DNA of 59,698 bases, counting the filler. It is 6 parts of 6 records of this genome, joined end to end, with 100 filler letters (N's around TTAATTAATTAA, not from the genome) between each part and the next. Parts side by side here need not be neighbours in the genome. Positions count along the whole stretch, not along the records: positions 45,485 to 50,510 come from SRR20825006_2878; positions 50,611 to 59,698 come from SRR20825006_2880; 4 more parts are not named here. One strand, 5' to 3'. The notes under the pieces were generated by a model. It did no database searches. It worked only from the letters and a program-made list of their open reading frames with translations, and had not been told where the DNA came from. The position numbers and the translations under genes are program-made. Shown piece by piece: positions 48,912-59,257 of this stretch (the first letter of the stretch is position 1; each line of letters starts with the position of its first letter).

Positions 48912-50510
48912 ATGCCAAGAAACTATTTTAAAAGTGCCGTATATCTTGCGGTTGTAACATTATTATGCGCCTGTGCGTCCAAAACCACAAGGTATCTTAA
49001 TACAGAGGACAAAATGTACAACCCAATTTCTTTAGATACTTTAGGAAGTACTAAAGAGTACCAAAGTGTATACCTATATGGTAATGCAGGCAGCAATAAA
49101 AATGGTCCAGATGAGGCATTATTACAAAAGTTCCAACAGTTTACTAATCAACATTCAACCAAAGACGATTATTTAATTTTTCTTGGTGACAATGTGTATG
49201 CCAACAGGCTAAAAAAAGATAACAACAAGGAACAGTTAGACATGTTGTTAAATGTCTTTAAAACCTTTAATGGCACACCATTAATAATTCCCGGAGAAAA
49301 TGATTGGAATGATAATGGTGTTGAAGGTCTTGAAAAATTAGAAGACTACGTTGAAGAGTTTATGGGTAAAGATGAAAATTACCTTCCAGAAAATGGCTGT
49401 CCAATAGAAACTATTGATGTAAGTTTTAATACAGAAATCATTGTTATAGATACACAATGGTATATTGAAGATTGGAGCAAGCAAGCAGAATTTAATGCTA
49501 AATGTGAAATAAAAACTAGGGAGAAGTTTATAAAAGTTCTTACAGACGAAGTTAGAAAAGCAAGACACAAAAATGTGCTTTTAGTAATGCACCATCCTGT
49601 TTACTCTAACGGTATTTATGGCGGAGAAATTTCTAATGATATTCTATTTAACCCAAAACCAGAAAACTTATTCTTACCAACCATAGGTGCACCTTGGACG
49701 TTCATGAGAACTCAAGGAGGTTTGTCTAAACAAGATTTACTCAACCCTTTAATGAACGAGCTAATCTCTGAGGTTAAAACAATAGCAAGACAAGCACCCT
49801 TAATGTTTGTCTTATCTGCCCACGAACAATCTTTACAGTATATTATACAAGACAACCTACATCAAATTATTTCTGGTACGGGTGGAAAAAAAGAAGGTTC
49901 TAGACTAGGAAAGAACGGTCTTTATTCTTCTGGAAAAGCAGGATTTGCTGAGTTAAGATTATATGAAGACAGATCTTCAAGAGTTATTTTTTATGAGATA
50001 GATGAGAAAGAGAATATAGTTAAAGCTTTTGATAAAGAGGCCTTTGCCTCTCCAGAAGATTATGACCTCTCACAACTTCCTAAAACATACCCGAAAACAG
50101 TAAAAACAACAATTTATCCTCCAGAAGAAACTAAGGTAAGTAAACGCTATGAAGAGTTTTTTGGAGAACATTACCGCTATTTATACGGTAAGGAAATTGA
50201 AGCACAAGTAGTATTACTTGATACATTATATGGTGGTTTAAAAGTAGAACGTGCAGGCGGCGGAAACCAGACCCAATCTTTAAGATTGGTAGATAAGAAT
50301 GATAAAGAATACAACATGCGTGCAATTGCTAAAGATGCAGAACGCTTTTTACAATCATCTGGTTACAATGATTTAGATTCTGATGTGTATTTTGAAGACA
50401 CAATTCCTTTGGAAATTATTGAAGACTTTTATACAGCTTCTCATCCTTACGGTGCATTTGCCATACCAAAGCTGGCTGGTGCTATAAATTTAGGACACAC
50501 CCATCCAAAA
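48912..50510 (+). CDS. Lipoprotein with calcineurin-like metallophosphoesterase domain (degenerate motifs), 3'-truncated
   Basis: Lipobox LCAC; LGDNVY, IDTQW, MHHP; followed by GEHYR...GGGNQTQSLRL...HPY, as in large flavobacterial phosphoesterase fusions. Confidence 0.8.
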
Positions 50511-50610
50511 NNNNNNNNNNNNNNNNNNNNNNNNNNNNNNNNNNNNNNNNNNNNTTAATTAATTAANNNNNNNNNNNNNNNNNNNNNNNNNNNNNNNNNN
50601 NNNNNNNNNN
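50511..50610. other. Artificial contig-join linker
   Basis: N-run + TTAATTAATTAA + N-run. Confidence 0.99.
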
Positions 50611-50668
50611 TTTGGAATATTGGCGTTGTGAACAGCGGCGTGGGGTGTTCGCGTAATTACCAAAAAGG

Positions 50669-52171
50669 ATGGAATTCCAAGGCATGTTGATTGGCCAGCG
50701 GTGTAAAGCGTTTTCTTTGTCTGCCTGTTTACTGGCCGCTAGTGCTGTGGCGCCTTCTGTCGCCAGCGCAAAGCCTTGGATTGGGCCAAACGAGCTGGAT
50801 TTGCGCCACCATATTGAGTTGCTATCCAGCACCGGCATTATCACCGCGCCAACCACTCAATGGCCACTGATGTGGGGCAGTATTTTACCTGACCTGAAAC
50901 GCGCCCAAGCCCGTAAGATTAGTGGGCTGGAACGCCAAGCACTGGACGCTTTGCTAGCTCGCTTTGAACAGGAGCGCAAACCCTTTAGCGCCAGTATTGA
51001 ACTTGCTCACAGCGAGCAGGAACGTCGATTTTTAACCGGCTTCGGCGACAGCAACAATGCTCCCGAATACGGCGCTGTTTCCGCTGAATTTATGAGCAGC
51101 AGTTGGGCAGGAGAGTTGCGCCTCAGCTATGACATTCCCGATGCACCGCGCGAACACCGCCGGTTAGATGGCAGCTATCTTGCACGGGCCTTTGGCAATT
51201 GGGGCGTAACACTGGGCGCCATTGACCGCTGGTGGGGCGCCGGCTGGCAAAGCAGTTTGTTACTTTCCAACAATGCGCGGCCGGTTCCAGGCATTAGCCT
51301 GCAACGCAACCGCGCCCATGAATTTGAAACGCCGCTATTGAGCTGGCTTGGCCCTTGGCAACTGCAGGCCTTTGCCGGCCAATTGGAAGGGGAACGCGCA
51401 GTACCCGGTGCAAAATTATTGGGAATGCGCATAGCGGTCAAGCCCGCACATTGGCTGGAAATTGCCGCCAGCCGAACCGCCCAGTGGGGTGGCGATGGCC
51501 GCGATGAGAACTTTTCCAGTTTTAAGGATCTTATGCTGGGTAATGACAACCGCGGGGACGGCGGACTTACCCAGGAAAACGAGCCGGGCAATCAGCTGGC
51601 CGGTTTTGATGTAAAAATGCTGTGGGCGACGCCTTGGGGCAATCAAGGGGTTTACATCCAGCATATTGGCGAAGATGAAAGCGGAGCACAGCCGTCCCGA
51701 TTATTGCATTCATTCGGGATCAATGGACTGCTTACGGCTGGAAAACAGCGCCTGCATTGGTTTTACGAAGTTACTCGAACAACTGTCGGGGCCTTTATTG
51801 GTGAAGAACGCCCCAACGTCGCCTATGAGCACAGTATTTATAAATCGGGTTATCGCTATAAAGGCCGCGCTATTGGCGCTAGTACCGACAATGACAGCGA
51901 GCTGGATACCCTGGGTATTGACTGGATGCTGCCGAATCGGGGCATGGTGTCGCTGCGTTATTCTGATGTGACGCTTAATATTGATGGCGGCGGACAAGGC
52001 GCGGCTGGGCGCAGCCGTGGCGACGGCGACAGCATTGAGTTGAGTTATGAGCAGCGCTTTGGCGCCCTTCGCGCCAAGGTGGGTTACTTGAGTATTGATG
52101 ACGGGCTTCAGCTTTATAGCTATGACCATGGCATAGAAACTGCCTTTATTGAAGCCAGTTATCGCTGGTAG
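50669..52171 (+). CDS. wzi: Capsule assembly outer membrane protein Wzi
   Basis: LRHHIELL...QWPL.W, LDGSY, DRWWG.GW..SLLLSNNARP, RTAQWGG.GR, EPGNQLAGFD, GEDE. Start may be 50684. Confidence 0.92.
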   Translation: MEFQGMLIGQRCKAFSLSACLLAASAVAPSVASAKPWIGPNELDLRHHIELLSSTGIITAPTTQWPLMWGSILPDLKRAQARKISGLERQALDALLARFEQERKPFSASIELAHSEQERRFLTGFGDSNNAPEYGAVSAEFMSSSWAGELRLSYDIPDAPREHRRLDGSYLARAFGNWGVTLGAIDRWWGAGWQSSLLLSNNARPVPGISLQRNRAHEFETPLLSWLGPWQLQAFAGQLEGERAVPGAKLLGMRIAVKPAHWLEIAASRTAQWGGDGRDENFSSFKDLMLGNDNRGDGGLTQENEPGNQLAGFDVKMLWATPWGNQGVYIQHIGEDESGAQPSRLLHSFGINGLLTAGKQRLHWFYEVTRTTVGAFIGEERPNVAYEHSIYKSGYRYKGRAIGASTDNDSELDTLGIDWMLPNRGMVSLRYSDVTLNIDGGGQGAAGRSRGDGDSIELSYEQRFGALRAKVGYLSIDDGLQLYSYDHGIETAFIEASYRW

Positions 52172-52223
52172 GTATTGGAAAATCGCAGGCGCTACGTCGA
52201 CAAATAAATTTTAAGGGTGAAAT

Positions 52224-53363
52224 ATGGGTGTAAGGAAGCTAGCAGTTTGCGCACTGCTTGCCGCAACAGCGGGTTGTACAGTGGTGCCGGGAAGCACTAT
52301 GAGCCGCATGGGCTCTACTTGGTTTGACGAACCCGCTGAGAATTACGAACATGCAGAAATTGATATACAACATATAACTATTGATGCCACTTTATTAAGC
52401 CATTACATACAAAATAAAACCCCGAGTGCAAAGCCATATTCTCCCGAAATGGATCAAGCTTTAGCCGAATATCAATACCGAGTTGGCCCCGGCGATATAC
52501 TTACTATCACCGTGTGGGAGCATCCTGAACTGACCATTCCCGCCGGCTCGTTCCGAAACCCAGCTGACTCAGGAAACCAAGTCAAAGCGGATGGAACCGT
52601 GTTCTTTCCTTATGTAGGGGATATTTCTGTTGCTTCGTTAACGCTGCCAGAAATCACACAAAAAGTTCGCAGCCGATTACGCTCAGTGATAAAAAACCCA
52701 CAAGTTGATGTGCGCGTAGCCGACTTCCAAAGTCAAAAAATCTATATCAGCGGGGCAGTAAAAATGCCCGGTATTTTACCTATCACTAATAAACCATTGA
52801 CGCTGATTGACGCAGTGCAGCTTGCTGGCGGCCTTGACGATTCCGCAGCCTGGGACCGCTTAACCTTATCCAGAAATGGGAATCTTAAAACAATTTCTTT
52901 GCGTGAATTATTGCAACATGGGAAGTGGGATAATGACCTCATACTTAAGCATGGCGACGCGATCCATATACCCCATAACGACTTCGACAAGGTCTTTGTT
53001 TTAGGCGAGGTAAACCGTCCACATAGCCTTCCGATGGGTCGTGATGGACTCACGCTAGCAGAAGGCTTAAGTGCCGCCAATGGGATCAATGAAAACCGAG
53101 CAGATGGCCGCGGCATATATGTACTCCGCAACACTGGGATCGTACGCGACGACACGGGGCGACTGACTTATACAGGCACAGCATTCCACCTGAATGCCGC
53201 ACAAGCCACTGGATTTATGCTTGCTGACCAATTTCCTTTGCAGGCACGGGATGTTGTATATGTAGCACCAGCACCGATAACTCGATGGAACCGCTTCCTA
53301 AGCACATTGTTACCGAGCATTCTCATCACCGATAGCGTCAATGACCTTGAAAGTGGTAATTAA
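52224..53363 (+). CDS. wza: Polysaccharide export lipoprotein Wza
   Basis: Lipobox TAGC, YRVGPGDILTITVWEHPELT, FFPYVG, NPQVDV, DVVYV...RWNR. Confidence 0.95.
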   Translation: MGVRKLAVCALLAATAGCTVVPGSTMSRMGSTWFDEPAENYEHAEIDIQHITIDATLLSHYIQNKTPSAKPYSPEMDQALAEYQYRVGPGDILTITVWEHPELTIPAGSFRNPADSGNQVKADGTVFFPYVGDISVASLTLPEITQKVRSRLRSVIKNPQVDVRVADFQSQKIYISGAVKMPGILPITNKPLTLIDAVQLAGGLDDSAAWDRLTLSRNGNLKTISLRELLQHGKWDNDLILKHGDAIHIPHNDFDKVFVLGEVNRPHSLPMGRDGLTLAEGLSAANGINENRADGRGIYVLRNTGIVRDDTGRLTYTGTAFHLNAAQATGFMLADQFPLQARDVVYVAPAPITRWNRFLSTLLPSILITDSVNDLESGN

Positions 53364-53498
53364 GATGTTTTCTCCTAGGATACAGAAAATATCGATGCGG
53401 CCCACGCCACACCTCAGAGATCAGCAACTCCAACACAGCCAACCATTATAGTTTATTAATATTAGCCCTTACAAAAAAGCTACCTTATTGGCCCATAT

Positions 53499-55817
53499 AT
53501 GTCTGAAAAAAATTTATCACGCCAACCCACTTCGTCACACGAAAATAGCGATGAGATCGACATCATTGCACTTACTGGCATCCTATTAGAAAATAAAATA
53601 ACGATCATTTTCTTTACCATGCTCCTCACAATTACTGGCGTTATTTATTATTATTTTTCAGCGCCAATATATCGCGCAGACACCACAATCCAAGTAGAAG
53701 AAAAAACATCAAGTATGGCCGGACTGGGCGATATGGCAGACGCTTTCGGCACCAAATCTGGTGCAAATGCCGAAATTCAATTAATTAAAAGCCGCCGAAT
53801 TATTGGCAAAGCTGTTGACGAACTAAAACTAGACACCATTGCCATCCCGCAATATTTTCCTTTTATCGGCGAAACAATAGCTCGCCGACACCCTACATCA
53901 AGCCCCACCGAAAAACTTACAGGCCCTGCGAGTTTCATATCCAATACGTTTGGCTCAGTTATTGATAAAATTATTTCTGGTGACTTTGAAGGTATAGAGC
54001 GTACTCGCTATGCTTGGGGCGGTGAAATTATCGACCTAAAACACCTTACACTTCCCCAAAATACCTCTTCACCGATACTCACGCTCATTGCTAAAGGCGG
54101 TGGAAAATTCGCTGTATATGACAGAAACAATCAACTAATTATAGATGGCGAAACTGGCAAGACACTTCGATCTCAAACAGGCCATGAAATCTATATAAGC
54201 GAACTTAAAGCTCGACCAGGCACACGATTTATTGTTGGCATACGGAATAGGCTACATACGATCCTAGGATTTCAAGGTCGCCTAGGGGTAAGTGAAATAG
54301 GAAAAAACACTGGGATACTAACTTTAACATTTGAACACAAGGATCCGAGACTTGCTCGTCTTTTCCTAGAGGTCATTGCAGACGCTTATGTGAAACAAAA
54401 TATTGAACGGCAATCTGCTGAGGCTGCAAGAAGCCTAGAATTCCTAAAGGGACAGCTACCAGAACTTAAAAGGAACCTAGAGAAGTCAGAGCAAGAACTT
54501 AACCGGTACCAGGTGGAAGTTGGCTCAGTTAATATTAGCGCCGAAGCACAAGTACTTCTTGAGCAAGTTGTTGAAATCGAGTCAAGAATCGCTGAATTAC
54601 AGCTGCAGAAATCTGAGCTAGATCGCAAGTTTACTACTGGTCATCCGCAGTATGTTGCTTGGCAAGAGCAAATGAGAAATCTGAAAGCGCGCAAGGCGGA
54701 ACTGGATAGCAGGGTGCGAAATTTACCTAAAACTCAGCAAGAGGTGCTAGGCCTCACAAGAGATTTAGAGGTAGGCACTGAGATCTATACTCAAATGCTT
54801 AACAATATTCAGGAGCTAGATATTATTCGCGCCGGTACAGTTGGTAATGTTCGCATTATTGATGAAGCGGTAGTCAATACAGCGGCTCCCGTTAAGCCAA
54901 GAAGAAATTTTATTATCATGATTTCTACAGTGCTTGGCGTTTTCACAGGCATTGGCATTGTATTATTGCGTTCAATGCTCAATCGCGGCATCACTAATCC
55001 TGAGGATATTGAGGCTATTGGATTACCAGTTTACACCAGCATTCCTCTTTCCGATGAACAGCGTAAACTAGATGGCTCAGGAAAACGTCGCCAAGCCATT
55101 CGCAAGAAACAGAAGAACCAGCACCCACACGACTTGCTGGCCCACAAAAACCCGACGGATATCGCTATTGAAAGCCTGCGCAACCTGCGCACCAGCCTGC
55201 ACTTTGCCATGCTGGAAGCTGAAAACAATGTGATGATGATCTCCGGCCCCAGCCCCAATGTGGGTAAGTCGTTTGTTTCGGGTAACCTTGCGGCGGTAGT
55301 TGCCCAGGCGGGACAGCGCGTACTGCTAATCGATATGGACCTTCGCAAAGGCTATATGCACAAGATGTTTGACATGCAGCCAGATAACGGGGTGAGCGAC
55401 GTATTGGGCAAGCGCATTAGCGTTCAAGAAGCGATAAAACCGACACGCATTGGCGAGCTGTTTGTCATGCCTCGTGGGGTGATTCCTCCCAACCCGTCAG
55501 AATTATTGATGAGCCAGCAACTGACTGACCTGCTTAATGAAGTTAAAGAACAGTTTGATCTGGTTATTGTCGATACCCCGCCAATTATGGCCGTTACCGA
55601 TGCCGCCATTGTGGGCCGCCAGTGTGGCGTAACCATGATCGTTGCCCGCTTTGGCCTGAACCCGATTAAAGAGCTGGAAGTAACTAAACAGCGCTTCGAA
55701 CAAAACGGCATTACCGTGAAGGGCGTTGTCCTTAACGCCGTAGAGCGCCGTGCGTCGGGTTATGGCTACGGCTACGGGTATGGTTACTACCACTACGAAT
55801 ACAAGTCGGATAAGTAG
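53499..55817 (+). CDS. wzc: Polysaccharide co-polymerase / tyrosine autokinase Wzc
   Basis: DEID, PIYRAD, two TM segments, Walker A GPSPNVGKS, LIDMDLR, VIVDTPP, Tyr cluster GYGYGYGYYHYEY. Confidence 0.96.
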   Translation: MSEKNLSRQPTSSHENSDEIDIIALTGILLENKITIIFFTMLLTITGVIYYYFSAPIYRADTTIQVEEKTSSMAGLGDMADAFGTKSGANAEIQLIKSRRIIGKAVDELKLDTIAIPQYFPFIGETIARRHPTSSPTEKLTGPASFISNTFGSVIDKIISGDFEGIERTRYAWGGEIIDLKHLTLPQNTSSPILTLIAKGGGKFAVYDRNNQLIIDGETGKTLRSQTGHEIYISELKARPGTRFIVGIRNRLHTILGFQGRLGVSEIGKNTGILTLTFEHKDPRLARLFLEVIADAYVKQNIERQSAEAARSLEFLKGQLPELKRNLEKSEQELNRYQVEVGSVNISAEAQVLLEQVVEIESRIAELQLQKSELDRKFTTGHPQYVAWQEQMRNLKARKAELDSRVRNLPKTQQEVLGLTRDLEVGTEIYTQMLNNIQELDIIRAGTVGNVRIIDEAVVNTAAPVKPRRNFIIMISTVLGVFTGIGIVLLRSMLNRGITNPEDIEAIGLPVYTSIPLSDEQRKLDGSGKRRQAIRKKQKNQHPHDLLAHKNPTDIAIESLRNLRTSLHFAMLEAENNVMMISGPSPNVGKSFVSGNLAAVVAQAGQRVLLIDMDLRKGYMHKMFDMQPDNGVSDVLGKRISVQEAIKPTRIGELFVMPRGVIPPNPSELLMSQQLTDLLNEVKEQFDLVIVDTPPIMAVTDAAIVGRQCGVTMIVARFGLNPIKELEVTKQRFEQNGITVKGVVLNAVERRASGYGYGYGYGYYHYEYKSDK

Positions 55818-55838
55818 TACAGGCGCGGCCTGCGTATT

Positions 55839-56005
55839 GTAGGCCTTAGCCGCGACTGAGCTTAGTTTCCGTGCCGCTCGCTCCAGTCGCCCTCAGGCGG
55901 GCTGGCCACAGCACTCGCTCCACTCGCGGGCCACGCCGCTGTCCTACAAGAGCCTCACTACCCTACACCAAAACGCGCCAACCTAAGGAGCGGGCCTGAC
56001 CGCGA
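55839..56005. repeat. Degenerate cluster of GTAG-type REP elements
   Basis: GTAGGCCTTAGCCGCGA at 55839, GTCGCCCTCAGGCGGGCT at about 55886, GTCCTAC at about 55942 and AGGAGCGGGCCTGACCGCGA at 55986-56005; all match parts of 59142-59214. Confidence 0.65.
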
Positions 56006-56015
56006 CCAGTTCCGC

Positions 56016-56754
<739 letters not shown>

Positions 56755-56821
56755 AAGTCACCGGATTGCAATTAAGGCGGCAGATGGTATCGAATTCACC
56801 GAATACGAACAAGCGCGGCGC

Positions 56822-57112
56822 TCAGGCTTCTTCCCCTGTCTGGTAGAGATCGTCCCACTTGGGGTTAATACTGTCGATTAAGGCGGTTTTGCGGCGGTGG
56901 GAGTATTCCTTGATTTGTTTCTCTCGCATATAGGCCTGTTCGAGGTCTTCAAAAAGCTCAAAATACACGAGCTCGAATACCTCTTTGCGAATGTCGCCCA
57001 AGGCCTGGCGATAGTCATGGAGGTGTTGTCGTAAATTGGCGGCTACACCACTGTGCAGGCTGCCACTTTCTCGGTTCGCTAAAATATACACAGCAGGGAG
57101 CTGTTCTAACAT
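56822..57112 (-). CDS. Small GIY-YIG (UPF0213-like) protein with degenerate nuclease motifs
   Basis: PAVYILAN..SGSLHSGV, LVYFE, AYMREKQIK...RKTALI...NPKW.DL. Confidence 0.75.
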   Translation of the reverse strand: MLEQLPAVYILANRESGSLHSGVAANLRQHLHDYRQALGDIRKEVFELVYFELFEDLEQAYMREKQIKEYSHRRKTALIDSINPKWDDLYQTGEEA

Positions 57113-57357
57113 CGTAATCCCTTCCCTAGGTCGCTATCGTTTGCGTCTTATTGTTATGGTTGTACCGATCTCGTTTCCTTCCCTGGATACCGACACCAAT
57201 TCGTGGCGCGCGATAACGGTTCGGTACCGCAAGTAAAACTGATCATAAACAAAGCTCGCGCGCTATGTCACCCCTTGACAAAATTGTGAGAGCACCGCTG
57301 GGTTTGCGCTACACTGGCCCACGGCGAGCATTTCCCACCGCGGTACTGGAGGATAAT

Positions 57358-59100
57358 TTGTTGAAAGCGCACAAAACCTTGCTGACATTGCTTTGGTTAT
57401 GCCTGGGCAGTTTCGCCCACGCCAGCGACCCCCTTATTGTTCCGGAAGCGGCGAGCGGCTTCGGCCAAGTTAAGTCGGCGCGATACCAAACCGCAATGGC
57501 GGTTACCGCGAACCCTCATGCCAGTGACGCCGCGAAATGGGTGCTGCAAAAAGGTGGCTCCGCAGTCGACGCGGCCATTGCGGCGCAATTGGTGCTCGGT
57601 TTGGTTGAACCGCAGTCGTCTGGCATTGGCGGCGGTGCCTTTATGCTTCATTGGCAGGCACAGCGCGGGGTGCTGGAGAGTTGGGACGGCCGGGAAACCG
57701 CGCCCGCGACAGCAACGGATAGCTATTTTTTACAGGCCGATGGCGCGCCCATGCGTTTTTTCGACGCCGTGATTGGCGGCCGCTCGGTGGGCGTACCCGG
57801 CGTATTGGCAATGCTGGAATCTGCCCATCGCGCTCATGGCAAACTGCCTTGGGCGACACTGTTTGAGCCAGCAATTCGCCTCGCCGAGCAGGGTTTTGCG
57901 GTATCAGAACGCCTGCATATTTTGCTTGAGCGTATGCCTAAGGTGGCCGTAAACCCCTATATTCAACGCTACTTTTTTACGCGCGCAGACGGCGGTTGGC
58001 AGCCTAAGCCAGTGGGGCATGTACTGAAGAACCCCGCTTACGCTGCGACACTAGGTCGCATACAAAAATACGGCAGCGAGGACTTTTATCGCGGCAAGCT
58101 CGCCCAAGCCATCGTCGATGCCGTTCGCAATGACCCAAATAGTGCCGGTGAACTCACCCTGCAAGACATGGCGAATTACCGTGCGATTAAGCGCGAAGCA
58201 CTGTGCGCGCCCTTCCGGGAGTACTCGGTATGTGGCGCACCGCCGCCGTCGTCAGGGGCAACCACGGTACTGGCCATTCTGGGAATGCTAGACGCATACG
58301 AACAACGCCTGGGCTCGCGCGCCGATTGGCAGCACGGCTTTATTGAGGCCTCGCGCTTGGCCTTCGCCGACCGCAACCACTACGTGGGCGACCCAGACTT
58401 TGTCGAGGTGCCCAGCCAAGCAATGATAGACAGCGACTACCTGCGCCAGCGCGCAATGCTGATCGATAACGCCGCCGTCCTCACAGACGTGAAGCCCGGC
58501 AACCCGGCAGCAGCCCCCAAACGCCGCTCGGCCTCGTCGCCTGAACTCCCCTCCACCACCCATTTCAGCATTGTTGACCGCTGGGGAAATGTGGTGAGTA
58601 TGACCAGCAGCATTGAAACTGCCTTCGGCTCCCGCGTGATGGTAGGGGGTTTTCTACTGAACAATCAGCTCACGGACTTTTCATTCTCGCCGCTGAGCAA
58701 TGACGGGGCGCTGGTTGCCAACCGTGTTGCCGCTGGCAAACGGCCACGCTCGTCTATGGCTCCCACCATTGTGTTTAAAAACCAGCAACCTGTTTTGGCA
58801 CTGGGTAGCCCCGGTGGAGCACGCATTATCGACTATGTTGCGGCCAGCCTGTACCGCATCCTTGCGCTCAATATGCCCGTGGGCGAGGCCATCGCCGAAG
58901 GCCATATCATTGCGATGGGGCGTGGCGTGGAGATGGAGAGCGGCAAAGCCGACCCCGCCACGGTGGCACGGATGCGTGGCAGAGGCCACCCCGTGACACT
59001 GCGCGACCAAACCAGCGGCCTGCATGTTATTCACATCACCGAGCAGGGCTTACTGGGCGGTGCCGACCCCCGGCGCGAGGGCAGTATTGCTGGGTTTTAA
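57358..59100 (+). CDS. ggt: Gamma-glutamyltransferase
   Basis: GGSAVDAAIA, EPQSSGIGGG, DGRETAP, STTHFS (nucleophile Thr), LNNQLTDF, KRPRSSMAP, GSPGG, GGADPRR. Start set at TTG after GGAGG. Confidence 0.96.
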   Translation: MLKAHKTLLTLLWLCLGSFAHASDPLIVPEAASGFGQVKSARYQTAMAVTANPHASDAAKWVLQKGGSAVDAAIAAQLVLGLVEPQSSGIGGGAFMLHWQAQRGVLESWDGRETAPATATDSYFLQADGAPMRFFDAVIGGRSVGVPGVLAMLESAHRAHGKLPWATLFEPAIRLAEQGFAVSERLHILLERMPKVAVNPYIQRYFFTRADGGWQPKPVGHVLKNPAYAATLGRIQKYGSEDFYRGKLAQAIVDAVRNDPNSAGELTLQDMANYRAIKREALCAPFREYSVCGAPPPSSGATTVLAILGMLDAYEQRLGSRADWQHGFIEASRLAFADRNHYVGDPDFVEVPSQAMIDSDYLRQRAMLIDNAAVLTDVKPGNPAAAPKRRSASSPELPSTTHFSIVDRWGNVVSMTSSIETAFGSRVMVGGFLLNNQLTDFSFSPLSNDGALVANRVAAGKRPRSSMAPTIVFKNQQPVLALGSPGGARIIDYVAASLYRILALNMPVGEAIAEGHIIAMGRGVEMESGKADPATVARMRGRGHPVTLRDQTSGLHVIHITEQGLLGGADPRREGSIAGF

Positions 59101-59141
59101 GTCGTCATTATGGCTCGCGCGATAAACCAGCCGAGGATTTT

Positions 59142-59214
59142 GTAGGAGCGGGTCTGACCGCGATTGATTCCAATCCCTAGCGTTCGTTCTGGTCGCCCTC
59201 GGGCGGGCTCCTAC
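59142..59214. repeat. GTAG-type REP doublet (REPIN-like)
   Basis: GTAGGAGCGGGTCTGACCGCGA...TCGCCCTCGGGCGGGCTCCTAC with inverted GTAGGAGC/GCTCCTAC ends, between convergent ggt and mutM. Confidence 0.75.
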
Positions 59215-59257
59215 GAAAACACGCTACGCAATCAGGCAGGCCTCGCACTGCTCGCGG

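Noticed and set aside
50563-50856. 97-aa minus-strand ORF ending in X residues
   Set aside because: Runs into the linker and is antisense to wzi.
55758-55800. GGNTAY hexamer tandem repeat
   Set aside because: Encodes the normal Wzc Gly-Tyr autophosphorylation cluster.
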